A stretch of 64,000 bases of DNA from Candidatus Tayloriibacteriota bacterium (GTDB lineage: Bacteria; Patescibacteriota; Minisyncoccia; Phycocordibacterales; PALSA-1337): NCBI GenBank assembly GCA_037129895.1, contig JBAXUB010000005.1, positions 597-64,596 of the forward strand, written 5' to 3'. Under the pieces are notes generated by a model that saw only the letters and a program-made list of their open reading frames with translations, made no database searches and was not told where the DNA came from. Shown here in pieces: positions 29,191-39,210 of the stretch; position 1 is the stretch's first letter; each line of letters opens with the position of its first letter. A program made the position numbers and the translations under genes.

Positions 29191-30159
29191 ATGCAAAAGA
29201 TCTTTATCACTCGTAAAATTCCAGAGAATGGCGTGCACATGTTACGTGACAAAGGTTATGAGGTAGATATAAGCCCAATAGACAGACCGCTTACACAAGA
29301 TGAACTCATAGGTTATCTCAAAGCAAAACCATATGATGCTGTATTGTCGATGTTGAGTGACAAGATAGACGCAAAAGTATTCGATGCAGCACCGAGCGTG
29401 AGATTATTTGCCAATTATGCTATAGGTTTTGATAATTTCGATATTGCAGAAGCAAAGAAGCGGGGAGTATATCTCACCAATACACCGCATGGTGGAGTAG
29501 ACAGAGTAGCTGAACATGCTTGGGCTCTCATACTAGCTCTCACTTGCAGGATAGTTGAAGGCGATGACTATACAAAAGATGGAAAATACACAGGATTTGA
29601 TCCTATGCTATTACAGGGTATGAAAGTCAATGGGAAAGTATTGGGACTCATCGGTGCTGGACGTATCGGTACTGAAGTGGCAAAGATAGGGGTATCTGGT
29701 TTCGGTATGAGGGTGGCTTACTATGATGTTGTCCGCAATTCGAAAATAGAAGAATTGAAAAATGTGACATATTGGCCTTCAGTAGATGAAGTATTGAAGC
29801 AGTCAGATGTAATATCTCTACACGTACCACTCATGGATTCAACTCGTCATCTGATAAACGCCGAAAATATGAAGTTGATGAAACCTACTTCTTACCTCGT
29901 GAATACTTCTAGGGGTGCCGTCATAGATGAGAAAGCGTTGGTACAAGCACTCATGTTGGGGACGATCAGGGGTGCAGGGTTAGATGTATTCGAAAACGAA
30001 CCATCACTGGCAGAGGGGCTCAAGGGACTAAAGAATGTAGTTCTTACACCACATATCGCATCTTCGACTATTGAAGCTCGTCAAGATATGGCTAGAATGA
30101 GTGCAAGCAATATCATAGAGCTTTTTGAAAACGGAAGACCAGTGGATATGGTACAATAA
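29191..30159 (+). CDS. D-isomer 2-hydroxyacid dehydrogenase (glyoxylate reductase-like)
   Basis: GAGRIG; 'VNTSRG'; 'LDVFENEP'; 'TPHIAS'. Confidence 0.93.
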   Translation: MQKIFITRKIPENGVHMLRDKGYEVDISPIDRPLTQDELIGYLKAKPYDAVLSMLSDKIDAKVFDAAPSVRLFANYAIGFDNFDIAEAKKRGVYLTNTPHGGVDRVAEHAWALILALTCRIVEGDDYTKDGKYTGFDPMLLQGMKVNGKVLGLIGAGRIGTEVAKIGVSGFGMRVAYYDVVRNSKIEELKNVTYWPSVDEVLKQSDVISLHVPLMDSTRHLINAENMKLMKPTSYLVNTSRGAVIDEKALVQALMLGTIRGAGLDVFENEPSLAEGLKGLKNVVLTPHIASSTIEARQDMARMSASNIIELFENGRPVDMVQ

Positions 30160-30196
30160 ACGGGTAGATTCGTATAAATTTATTACAAATAATTAT

Positions 30197-30454
30197 ATGT
30201 CATCAGGAGTAGAATTTGATGAAGAAGGTTCAAGTTATGCGAGGCCAAATGTCTCTCGTAATAATAATGTTGGTCGACCTAACAGTAATTTTGATGCACC
30301 ACAGTATACGCCGACAGGCAATGAGCCAGCGATGGTTAGATGGTTACTCCGACATGGGTATGTCAAAACCCCTGCAGCCGCCAATATTGTCCTGTTAGTC
30401 TTGGTCGGATTGAATGTCGTGGTTACCTATTTTGTTGTCACAAACTTTTTATAA
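30197..30454 (+). CDS. Small membrane protein
   Basis: ATG at 30197; C-terminal TM helix. Confidence 0.6.
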   Translation: MSSGVEFDEEGSSYARPNVSRNNNVGRPNSNFDAPQYTPTGNEPAMVRWLLRHGYVKTPAAANIVLLVLVGLNVVVTYFVVTNFL

Positions 30455-30471
30455 TATTAGCCACTATCAAC

Positions 30472-30603
30472 ATGTCAAAGAATCATACTGATCATGCAAA
30501 GAAAAATATTCAGAAGTTACCAATATCGATCTATATCGTACTCGGTATGGTCTTGTGTGCGAATATAGCAGTTGTCATCATCATGCTCAATTATTTCATG
30601 TAG
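30472..30603 (+). CDS. Small single-TM protein (43 aa)
   Basis: MSKNHTDHAKKNIQKLPISIYIVLGMVLCANIAVVIIMLNYFM. Confidence 0.5.
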   Translation: MSKNHTDHAKKNIQKLPISIYIVLGMVLCANIAVVIIMLNYFM

Positions 30604-30699
30604 AGTGAGGTTATGTGTCGCGTAATGTAAGGTCACCTAATATAGTATCGCGTAATATAGTTCAGAATCAAAATAAATTTTATCAACATATATATCATT

Positions 30700-31449
30700 A
30701 TGAAAGCAAACCGTTCCACAAAGCAATCAGGGTTCACTCTCATAGAGTTACTAGTCGTCATCGCTATCATAGGAATATTGGCGGCTGTTGTGATCGTGTC
30801 AGTTTCTAATGCTCGAATAAACGGAGCGATCGCCGCAGGAAAAAAATTTGACACTCATACATATCGAGCGTATGGCGCGGATGCGTATGCTGTGTATAAT
30901 TTTGATGAGTTGGGTATTACGGGTAGTGAAGTTTCAAGTATTAAAGATACATCTGGAAATAATGCCAATCTTACTACTTGTAATACTCCGCCGCAAATTA
31001 TGACTGAAGCTGGCGCATTATTTGGTAAAGGATTGAGTGTTCAATTGGCAGGCTCGAATATGGCATATTGTAATGCGACACTTAGTTTTAGTACAACAAA
31101 AGGAGCTGTCTCTTTCTGGATAAAGCCGTCCGCTTCAGGTGTTGTTATGTCGGTTAATGGTGTAAAAATCATCATTAAGTCTGGCACTGGAGCTATTCAG
31201 ATCAGCTCACCTGCAATAGACGGTAATACACCGGTTGTTATGAATAAGTGGAATCATGTCTACGTGTCGTGGGACACTAGTGCTACTAATAAGACAAGTA
31301 TATATATAAATGGTAAACTGGATAAAGTTTCCACATCACCACCTACTTTTTCTGGCTCTGTTGTGAGTATCGGCGATCCAGCGGTTCAATATAGTACTGC
31401 GTCTATGATAATCGATCAAGTCGTAATATATAATTTGACTAAATATTAA
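30700..31449 (+). CDS. Type IV pilin-like protein with a LamG/concanavalin-like domain
   Basis: Prepilin motif GFTLIELLVVIAIIGILA; LamG 'SFWIKP...WNHVYVSWD...IYINGKL...IDQVVIYN'. Confidence 0.9.
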   Translation: MKANRSTKQSGFTLIELLVVIAIIGILAAVVIVSVSNARINGAIAAGKKFDTHTYRAYGADAYAVYNFDELGITGSEVSSIKDTSGNNANLTTCNTPPQIMTEAGALFGKGLSVQLAGSNMAYCNATLSFSTTKGAVSFWIKPSASGVVMSVNGVKIIIKSGTGAIQISSPAIDGNTPVVMNKWNHVYVSWDTSATNKTSIYINGKLDKVSTSPPTFSGSVVSIGDPAVQYSTASMIIDQVVIYNLTKY

Positions 31450-31531
31450 TTGTCGAGATTGATCTGAACTCAACATTGAACTCGGGCCTCAAAAATTTGC
31501 ACTTTTTCTAAAATAGTGTAATATACCCCAC

Positions 31532-32224
31532 ATGTTAACCCTAAACGTAGAAAAGCGCGATATGAAGGTGACCCCAGAAGCGATCCGCAAAAACGGCTCT
31601 ATTCCTGCGGTTTTTTATGGTCCAAAAGAAGCCAGTACACCTATCATCATCAATGCAAAGGATTTTACAAAAACATGGAGGAAGGCAGGTCAGTCGTCAG
31701 TTATTATACTTAAAGAAGGTAATACTGAACACGAGGTATTGATACACGATATCGATGTGCATCCACTTTCAGGTGATGCTAGGCATGCAGACTTCTATGT
31801 CATCGAAAAGGGCAAGAAAGTGAAGGTTTCAGTTAAACTAGTTTACGAGGGTGTTTCCCCAGCAGTGAAAGACAAGGGTGCTATCCTGGTCAAGGTTCGA
31901 CGTGAAGTCGAAGTTGAGGCTGCTCCTCGCGATCTTCCTCATGAGATCAAAGTTGATATTTCCAAACTTGTTGAATTTACAGATGTTATAAAGGCCAAGG
32001 ATTTGAATATTTCTTCTGGAGTAGAACTCAAGATCGGTGCTGATGAAGTTATCGCTTCGATATCAGAAGCCAAGGAAGAAGTCGAGGAAAAGCCAGCAGC
32101 GATCGACATGTCAGCTATCGAAGTCGAAGCCAAGGGCAAGGAGGTCAAGGAAGGTGAGGCCGGTGCCGCAGATGCAAAGCCAGCTGATGCAAAGAAAGAC
32201 GCAAAGAAAGAAGACAAGAAATAA
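31532..32224 (+). CDS. rplY: 50S ribosomal protein L25 (Ctc form)
   Basis: 'IPAVFYG...HPLSG...HADFY...LPHEIKVDIS.L'. Confidence 0.95.
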   Translation: MLTLNVEKRDMKVTPEAIRKNGSIPAVFYGPKEASTPIIINAKDFTKTWRKAGQSSVIILKEGNTEHEVLIHDIDVHPLSGDARHADFYVIEKGKKVKVSVKLVYEGVSPAVKDKGAILVKVRREVEVEAAPRDLPHEIKVDISKLVEFTDVIKAKDLNISSGVELKIGADEVIASISEAKEEVEEKPAAIDMSAIEVEAKGKEVKEGEAGAADAKPADAKKDAKKEDKK

Positions 32225-32288
32225 TCCTACAACAAATTTTTTGGAAACAGAAGGCGCAGTTGATGCGCTTTTCTGTTATAATAATCAG

Positions 32289-33659
32289 ATGAAACTTATG
32301 AAAATAAGTGCTTTGATGTTGTTGGTCACGGTATTCGGAGTGCCATATTTCGTAAGTGGTATTAGAATATCTCATGCACAGACATTGCAATGTGATACAC
32401 CAGCCCAAAAAGTACAATGTCAGGCAGACCTCGCAGCTGCAGAGGCTGAGGCAAGAGCTGCGCAGGCACAGCTCGTCGATGCACAAGCCCAAAGTTCGTC
32501 ATTGAAACAGGCTGTCACGGTCCTAGACGCCAAGATCAAGGTTGCACAGGCAAATATAAAGGCAAAGAATCTATTGATCCAGACCCTAGGCAATGACATC
32601 ACACAGAAACAGAAACATATAAATGATCTAGAAGCACACATCAATAAAGGCAAAGAAACATTAGCTCAGATACTGGTCAAGACAAATGAGATCGATTCAA
32701 GTTCGTTGCCAGAATTATTATTATCTCAAAATAGTGTAACTGGTTTTTTTCAGAACCTCGATAGTTTCGAGTCTCTGAGACAAGGGTTGAGTTCCACATT
32801 CGATCAATTACAATCTGACCAAGCATCAACGACAGAAGAAAAGGAAGCCCTCACGACTAGACAGAATACTGCCATGGATGCGAAATATGCTGTAGAACAG
32901 GAGAAGAAAAACATTCAAGGTGATCAGACACAGAAGACCCAGTTATTGAATATAAGTAAGGGTAATGAGAAGGCTTATTCATCTCTATTGGCCCAAAAAC
33001 AGGCCAAGGCAGCACAGATCAGGGCAGCCCTCTTCCAATTACGTGATGCCGCAGCTATCACATTTGAACAGGCTTTGGAGTATGCAACTATAGCGTCAAA
33101 AAAGACTGGTGTGAGACCGGCATTCATATTGGCAATATTGACCAAAGAGTCAGACCTCGGACTCAATGTAGGAAAATGTCTGGTTACAAACCTCGCTACT
33201 GGAGATGGAAAAGGTAAGACTTCTGGTGTATTTTTCGAAAAAGTCATGAAGGCTCCTCGTGATACTGATCCTTTCAAAGCGATCACAACGGCCCTTGGGG
33301 TTGATTGGACGACTAGAACAGTATCGTGTCCTATTGGCAGTGCCAAGTATTATTCTGGTAGAGGCTATGGTGGTGCTATGGGTCCTGCACAATTCATTCC
33401 TTCGACATGGGAACTGATCAAGAGCACAGCTTCTGCGAATCTAGGCTTGTCAACCGAATTGGACCCATGGAATCCTGCACATGCCGTCATGGCCCTCGCT
33501 GTCTTCGTGAAAGATCTCGGTGCTGGCGCTGGTACATATTCATCCGAGATCCGCGCAGCTTGCAGATATTATGGAGGGGGCGGAAGTACTTGTACTTATG
33601 GTAAGAGTGTTATGACACTTGTTGATAATATACAGAGAAATAAGATAGATTTGTTGTAA
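32289..33659 (+). CDS. Coiled-coil (PcsB/CwlO-like) lytic murein transglycosylase
   Basis: Signal peptide, long coiled coil, 'LAILTKES' and 'GAMGPAQFIPSTW'. Confidence 0.85.
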   Translation: MKLMKISALMLLVTVFGVPYFVSGIRISHAQTLQCDTPAQKVQCQADLAAAEAEARAAQAQLVDAQAQSSSLKQAVTVLDAKIKVAQANIKAKNLLIQTLGNDITQKQKHINDLEAHINKGKETLAQILVKTNEIDSSSLPELLLSQNSVTGFFQNLDSFESLRQGLSSTFDQLQSDQASTTEEKEALTTRQNTAMDAKYAVEQEKKNIQGDQTQKTQLLNISKGNEKAYSSLLAQKQAKAAQIRAALFQLRDAAAITFEQALEYATIASKKTGVRPAFILAILTKESDLGLNVGKCLVTNLATGDGKGKTSGVFFEKVMKAPRDTDPFKAITTALGVDWTTRTVSCPIGSAKYYSGRGYGGAMGPAQFIPSTWELIKSTASANLGLSTELDPWNPAHAVMALAVFVKDLGAGAGTYSSEIRAACRYYGGGGSTCTYGKSVMTLVDNIQRNKIDLL

Positions 33660-33678
33660 AGATAAAGTATTAGTGTCT

Positions 33679-33794
33679 GTAAAACCACGAGAAATACGGG
33701 TGAAGGGGACTTGCGAGCGTGTCGACGCGAGCACGAGGAATTTTCTAGCAAGAAAATATCCGTGCCCCTGAATCCGTATTTCTCGTGGTTTTAC
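33679..33794. repeat. 116-bp palindromic REP/MITE-like element between convergent genes
   Basis: 21-bp perfect IR gtaaaaccacgagaaatacgg / ccgtatttctcgtggttttac. Confidence 0.75.
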
Positions 33795-33800
33795 TGTTAA

Positions 33801-35885
33801 CTATATCGTCAGTATAACCGGTATAACCATCGGTCTCTTTGCGGTCTTCTGCATCAGGTATTTGCTGACAGCATCGGTGACACTGTCTTTGACGAAGTCC
33901 ACATTGATAGGGTTTTGGCCGCGAGAAGTCTTCTCAACGGTTTCGCGAATGAGTAGGCGTACTTCATGCAGCAATTCCTGAGATTCGCGAAGGTAGACGA
34001 AACCACGGGAGATGATATCTGGAGATTTCTTGAGCTTACCAGTTTGACTATTCATGATACCAAAGATGATGAATATTCCATCTTGTGCTAGTGCCTGTCG
34101 GTCGCGTATAACCACATCCTGCACATTACCAACAGAGAATCCATCTACGAGGACGAGTCCTGATGGAGCTTTTTCTTTCAATTTTACCAGCTTCGTACCA
34201 CCGTTCTGGATCTCGATGATGGAACTATTGTCTGGTACGACGACATCTTCTTCTTTGAGACCATTGGCTTCCTTTGCTACGTCAGCATGCACTCGGAGCA
34301 TGTAGTGATAACCATGTAGTGGCATGAAGAATTTTGGTTTGATCTGTCTGTGTATCCACAATGTTTCATCACGGTATGCGTGACCAGTGGAGTGAACTTC
34401 GGCAGTTCTATAGTGAATGATCTTGGCACCCTGACGTGACAGGTTGTCTTTCAATTTCTGAACGGCGCGTTCATTTCCTGGGATAACAGATGATGAGAGA
34501 ATAACAGTATCTCGAGTATTGATCTTGATCTTTGTATGAGTCTTGTTAGACATACGCATTAGAGCTGCGAATTCATCGCCCTGAGCTCCTGTTGCCAATA
34601 TGACGATCCTGTCAGGTGGATAGTTATCCATATCATCACTAGATATGATCGTCTCTTTCTTTGCTTTGAGTAAACCGAGGTGCCAACAGATTTCAATATT
34701 TGATTTCAAACTGCGGCCTTCGATCACAACTTTCTTGTTGTATTTTTCTGCAAACTCAACCATTTTGAGTAGTCTCTCGAGTAGGGAAGAGAATGTCGCT
34801 ATGATGAGACGTCCTTTGGAATTCTTGATATATTCCTCGAGGTTTTTGTGCACTTGTCTCTCAGGAACAGAAAATCCTGGGGTCTCTACGTTGGTTGAGT
34901 CTGCCATGAGCATGAGTACCTTTTCATTCTTGAAAGCACGCTCATATTCTGCAGATTCAGCTTCTGTAGGTATCCCATTTTCATGATCCATCTTGAGGTC
35001 TCCAGTGTGGACTATCGATCCATACGGAGTTTCGATGATCACTCCCATAGCATCTGGAATAGTATGCGTGACTGAAAAGAATTTGACCTTGAATTTACCT
35101 ATTGTAACTGTTGAATTTTGCTCGACTAGGTTCATGTCTATCTTTGGTACATGAGGGAACTCTTCCTGTCTCTTTTGGATCAAGATAGAGGTGAGTAGTC
35201 TAGTATAGACTGGAGGATTACCGATACGTGGCATGATATATGGAATACCACCTGTGTGATCCAAGTGACCGTGTGTGATGATGAGGGCTTTGATCATACC
35301 GAGCCTCTCTTCTAGGTATTTCGTATTTGGTAGAATATAGTCGATACCTGGAGTATTCTCATCTTTGAATTGGAAACCGAGGTCGATCACGATGATCTCT
35401 CCGGCGTATTCGATAGCGGTCATGTTGCGACCAACTTCTTCAACACCACCGAGTGGTATGATACGGATAGTATCAGCAGCTATAGGTGGTATCTTGTCCT
35501 CGTTCTGCTGGTAAGTTAGTGATCTCGCTGGGCCACCTCGCTTCATTGGGCGAGATTCTTTGCGGATAACATTCATACGTGCTCCGGCGATATGGGTTAC
35601 TGCTTCTGGGTGCTTGCGTGCGCCCTTGCCTAGTACTATGCGATGTCCGTTAGCTGTCGTGCTTGGTGTATGAGGCGCAGCATTTGTAAAGCCCGGTTTC
35701 GTAGTCCTAGTATCTGTTGTGTACGATCTAGTCGTCGCTGGCCTATTGAAACTTCGATTCTGGTTGTTGGAACCTTGATAACCGCCTGTATTTTGATTCG
35801 GTCTTACGGGACCGCGTGGACTGAATCGTGGTCTCGAAGGAGGGAAGTTGTTAGGTTTCTTTATTGGTTGTTGTTCGTTGTTCAT
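33801..35885 (-). CDS. rnj: Ribonuclease J
   Basis: 'PLGGVEEVGRNM', 'THGHLDHTGG', 'HTGDLK', 'HSTGH'; long disordered N-terminus. Confidence 0.96.
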   Translation of the reverse strand: MNNEQQPIKKPNNFPPSRPRFSPRGPVRPNQNTGGYQGSNNQNRSFNRPATTRSYTTDTRTTKPGFTNAAPHTPSTTANGHRIVLGKGARKHPEAVTHIAGARMNVIRKESRPMKRGGPARSLTYQQNEDKIPPIAADTIRIIPLGGVEEVGRNMTAIEYAGEIIVIDLGFQFKDENTPGIDYILPNTKYLEERLGMIKALIITHGHLDHTGGIPYIMPRIGNPPVYTRLLTSILIQKRQEEFPHVPKIDMNLVEQNSTVTIGKFKVKFFSVTHTIPDAMGVIIETPYGSIVHTGDLKMDHENGIPTEAESAEYERAFKNEKVLMLMADSTNVETPGFSVPERQVHKNLEEYIKNSKGRLIIATFSSLLERLLKMVEFAEKYNKKVVIEGRSLKSNIEICWHLGLLKAKKETIISSDDMDNYPPDRIVILATGAQGDEFAALMRMSNKTHTKIKINTRDTVILSSSVIPGNERAVQKLKDNLSRQGAKIIHYRTAEVHSTGHAYRDETLWIHRQIKPKFFMPLHGYHYMLRVHADVAKEANGLKEEDVVVPDNSSIIEIQNGGTKLVKLKEKAPSGLVLVDGFSVGNVQDVVIRDRQALAQDGIFIIFGIMNSQTGKLKKSPDIISRGFVYLRESQELLHEVRLLIRETVEKTSRGQNPINVDFVKDSVTDAVSKYLMQKTAKRPMVIPVILTI

Positions 35886-35969
35886 TGTTATTATATTATC
35901 GTTGTTTGATTAATTGTAATTGAGTTTATTTTATTTTTATTAAATTTAATGTGTGCTTTGTATATAGTA

Positions 35970-37715
35970 TTAATTCTTGTTTGCGAATACGCTCCAAATA
36001 TTTGCTGTCTGGATGTACCAATCACTGACGGAGTTCCATCGATCAGTGGGGATTGTTATATCTTGTAATTTTATGTTTTTCAATTCTTTTGGTACTACGT
36101 ATATGAAATTTGGTGAATATAGGAATATCGCGGGGATGTCAGTTGAGATATTGTCTTCAAATTGGGCATATTTCATCGTGCGTGTCACATCGTCATTTGT
36201 AGTTCGTATATCTTCTAGAAGTTTGTCTACTTTGCTATTCGTATATAGAGCGATGTTCAGTCCCGGTGCTTTGATCTGAGAAGAGTGCCAGAATGCGTAT
36301 AGGTCTTGGTCTTTGCCTATGAGCTCGCCGAATAGTAGAGAGTCATATTTTCTAGTGCGTATGACGTTCTGGTATAGATCGCTCGCATTGAATACTCGGA
36401 GATTGACTTGTGCACCTAGTTTCGTCCAAGAATCTTTGACCATCTGAGCCGCCTGTTTCAAGTCGGCTGTGTCAGCTGTGTATATATCGAATGAGATATT
36501 CTGGACTGCACCTTTTGAATTTTTCTTTGAATATATTCCAGAAGCAGCATCGATTTTCCAGCCATTTTTCTCTAGTAATGATTTTGCACCTGCAATATCG
36601 ATACCAGGTGTTACTTTTCCATTGTCTGTCTCAATATTCGAAGGTAGAGGACTATCGATAGGTACTCCATAACCAGAAAGTACTGTATTCACGATAGCTT
36701 TTCTATCTATAGACATATCGAGAGCCTGTCTCACGATCTTGTCAGCCAAGACTGGGGCTTGGTTCTGATTGAAGAAGACACCAAATATTCTAGGTAGAGA
36801 TGATTGGAGTACGGTGTATGGTTGTGCTTTATTTGACGCCAATTTCACAGCTTCTGTTGCGGAGACTGTGGCCAAACTAGTGATAGTGCCATTGTCTAGA
36901 GCAGACAGGGCTTTGTCTTCGTCTGCGTAGAATGAAAAAAGAATATTACTCAAATAGGGCTTTTTTCCATAATAGCCACTCCATGTTGAGAGTGTGAAAT
37001 TGGTTGGTATACCTGTTGAATCATAGTCGATACCAGAAACCTTGTATGGTCCAGAACCTATAGGATCAATATTGTAATGACTGAAAATGAATTGGTCGTC
37101 ATTTATCGTATTCCAGATATGTTTTGGTAGTATGCCAAGCGTTGTGTTAGTCAGAAAAGGTGAATAGGCTTGTTTCAAAATAAAACGTATCTCTTTCGGA
37201 GAAGTTGCTTGGACCGTGACATTCGACCAGTCAGATTTCCTAGGACTTTTCAGTGTAGGATCTTGGATTTTCTGAATAGTGAAGACGATGTCGTCAGTAG
37301 TCATGAGAGTACCATCTTGGAAACGAACATCATCACGGAGTGTGAAAGTATATGTTAGTCCGTCGTCAGAGATCTTGTATGATTTTGCTAGGTCGGTAGT
37401 GAGTTCACCGTCGTTCCATTTCATGAGGCCTGAATAGACCAAACTGGCAATATCACGATCTATATCATTGATAGCTAGTACAGGATTCACATTTCTAGGA
37501 AGGCCGATCATACCTTCGCGGAGTTCACCGCCATAAGCCGGAACTTGGATCATGAAATATGAGTTGATACTCCCAGTCATCATGATCGTCGTTACGAGTG
37601 CTGCCAAGATGAATATACTATAAACAGCCTTCTCGGTAGCTGAGAATTGTTTGATGTAGCTTATGATTTTCGAGCTTTTCTTGAAGCCCAACTCTTTTGG
37701 GGATGTTTCGGTCAC
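35970..37715 (-). CDS. Family 5 ABC peptide substrate-binding protein
   Basis: 'DGLTYTFTLR..VRFQDG...TTDDIVFT' and 'PIGSGPYK'. Confidence 0.92.
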   Translation of the reverse strand: MTETSPKELGFKKSSKIISYIKQFSATEKAVYSIFILAALVTTIMMTGSINSYFMIQVPAYGGELREGMIGLPRNVNPVLAINDIDRDIASLVYSGLMKWNDGELTTDLAKSYKISDDGLTYTFTLRDDVRFQDGTLMTTDDIVFTIQKIQDPTLKSPRKSDWSNVTVQATSPKEIRFILKQAYSPFLTNTTLGILPKHIWNTINDDQFIFSHYNIDPIGSGPYKVSGIDYDSTGIPTNFTLSTWSGYYGKKPYLSNILFSFYADEDKALSALDNGTITSLATVSATEAVKLASNKAQPYTVLQSSLPRIFGVFFNQNQAPVLADKIVRQALDMSIDRKAIVNTVLSGYGVPIDSPLPSNIETDNGKVTPGIDIAGAKSLLEKNGWKIDAASGIYSKKNSKGAVQNISFDIYTADTADLKQAAQMVKDSWTKLGAQVNLRVFNASDLYQNVIRTRKYDSLLFGELIGKDQDLYAFWHSSQIKAPGLNIALYTNSKVDKLLEDIRTTNDDVTRTMKYAQFEDNISTDIPAIFLYSPNFIYVVPKELKNIKLQDITIPTDRWNSVSDWYIQTANIWSVFANKN

Positions 37716-37839
37716 GATAATAAAAGTATAAAATATTAGGAATTAAGTATCGATATTATTGCGATGCTAATATACGAATGCATACCAATGATACGAGTAA
37801 TCGCAACGCCAAAACTGGTACTTTGATTCTATAAGGTGT

Positions 37840-38061
37840 TTATATAAGGTTAAGTAGAGCTGAAACAGCGAACAGGATAGCGACTACAATGGTTATAATG
37901 AATAGAATCTTCTCCATGCCGCGTCTCGTATGGAATGCTGAGCTGAAGTTATCGTTTCCTCCAAATGCACCGCCTACTTGAGCACCAGTTCTTTGGAGCA
38001 GTATTATAGCGACCAAAACAACGGACAGAATGATCTGGATGTAAGGGAGGAGGGACTTCAT
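37840..38061 (-). CDS. secG: Preprotein translocase SecG
   Basis: 'ILLQ...GGAFGG...TRRGMEKIL'. Confidence 0.93.
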   Translation of the reverse strand: MKSLLPYIQIILSVVLVAIILLQRTGAQVGGAFGGNDNFSSAFHTRRGMEKILFIITIVVAILFAVSALLNLI

Positions 38062-38184
38062 TGGTATTTATACTAGCATATGTGACATTTTGGTGCAACC
38101 TGTGCACTTGTATTCAGATATCTATGTTATAATTTGACGAGTATTAGACAATTTGGGCATTTTATTAAATTTAATTATTTTATT

Positions 38185-39135
38185 ATGAAGCACGCACCAC
38201 TATTGGCAGTTACAGTCTTAGCTCTTGGGATTTTCGGACTATTCATAGTCAACAATGTACCATCTCGATCGGTCGCTACTAGTGGCGTGTTAGTCTGCCC
38301 AGAAGGTTATATATGTGAGAAGGTAGCCATCGATTGTCCATCAGGTTACTCATGTCAGCCGATAAACTCAGTTGCTGTTTCAGACGTTCCTCCAAGTGAT
38401 TTCGTTTCTGATGATGTTGCCGCAGTATCGAGTGCAGTAAATTCTCTGCAAAACATATCACAGAATCCGATCGGTACTCTCGGATATTATGCTATAAGTG
38501 GCGGATATAAGGTCTCTGGTGCGGGAAAACCTCTGACTTATACATGTGGAGCGAGTCAGTATTATGATAGCAATACAAAGAAGTGTACAGCCAATCCCAG
38601 TGCTATCCCAACTATTACAGTAGCTACTCCTGCAACTATATATACAAACCTGAATGGTGAAAAGACTGTATCTGGTAAGAAGGTGAGTGCGTCCCTAGAT
38701 GGTACTAAAGTCACAAACCTATGTCAGAATCCAGTGAAATTGACGACCGCTAAGACGTTAGCAACATTATTGACTGCCAATGGTATTCAGAATGACTTCA
38801 TGAATAATTCTAGGTTGCTCATTTTGAACCCAACAGCTACGAAGGAGAGTTTTACTCCTGATTGGTTCCAGAGCCGTTTGAGTTCTCAAACGATCGATCA
38901 CACTATATATTTCTGGAATGGTGAGGTGAGCGTCACTCAGCCAAGCACTATCAATACATTTGATATCAATGATTGGAGTGACCCAGAATTTCAGAGTCTG
39001 CTATCTCACTTACAGTTATCATCGAATTTCCTATATAAGTGTCTAGATGCTGGTTATACGTCGAATTTTACACCATGGCAGCATATGTTCTTTTCGGCGA
39101 TGGCAGGATTACGTAAACAAGGTTTGGTTCAGTAA
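38185..39135 (+). CDS. Secreted Cys-containing protein (CPxGYxC repeats), C-terminal domain shared with 40442..42001
   Basis: Signal peptide; 'GIQNDFMNNSRLL...NDWSDPEFQ..L...KCLDAGY.SNF...LRKQGL'. Confidence 0.7.
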   Translation: MKHAPLLAVTVLALGIFGLFIVNNVPSRSVATSGVLVCPEGYICEKVAIDCPSGYSCQPINSVAVSDVPPSDFVSDDVAAVSSAVNSLQNISQNPIGTLGYYAISGGYKVSGAGKPLTYTCGASQYYDSNTKKCTANPSAIPTITVATPATIYTNLNGEKTVSGKKVSASLDGTKVTNLCQNPVKLTTAKTLATLLTANGIQNDFMNNSRLLILNPTATKESFTPDWFQSRLSSQTIDHTIYFWNGEVSVTQPSTINTFDINDWSDPEFQSLLSHLQLSSNFLYKCLDAGYTSNFTPWQHMFFSAMAGLRKQGLVQ

Positions 39136-39210
39136 GTTGTGGTTGATATAGGCCGAGCATTTTTCCTATAAACTTTCGTCATTAATAATTATCAAATTAA
39201 ATTTAATTAA

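Noticed and set aside
30614-30662. Short degenerate tandem repeats (also tacgaat-type repeats near 17200 and 37750)
   Set aside because: Only 2-3 degenerate units with no spacers; low-complexity intergenic sequence with no supportable function.
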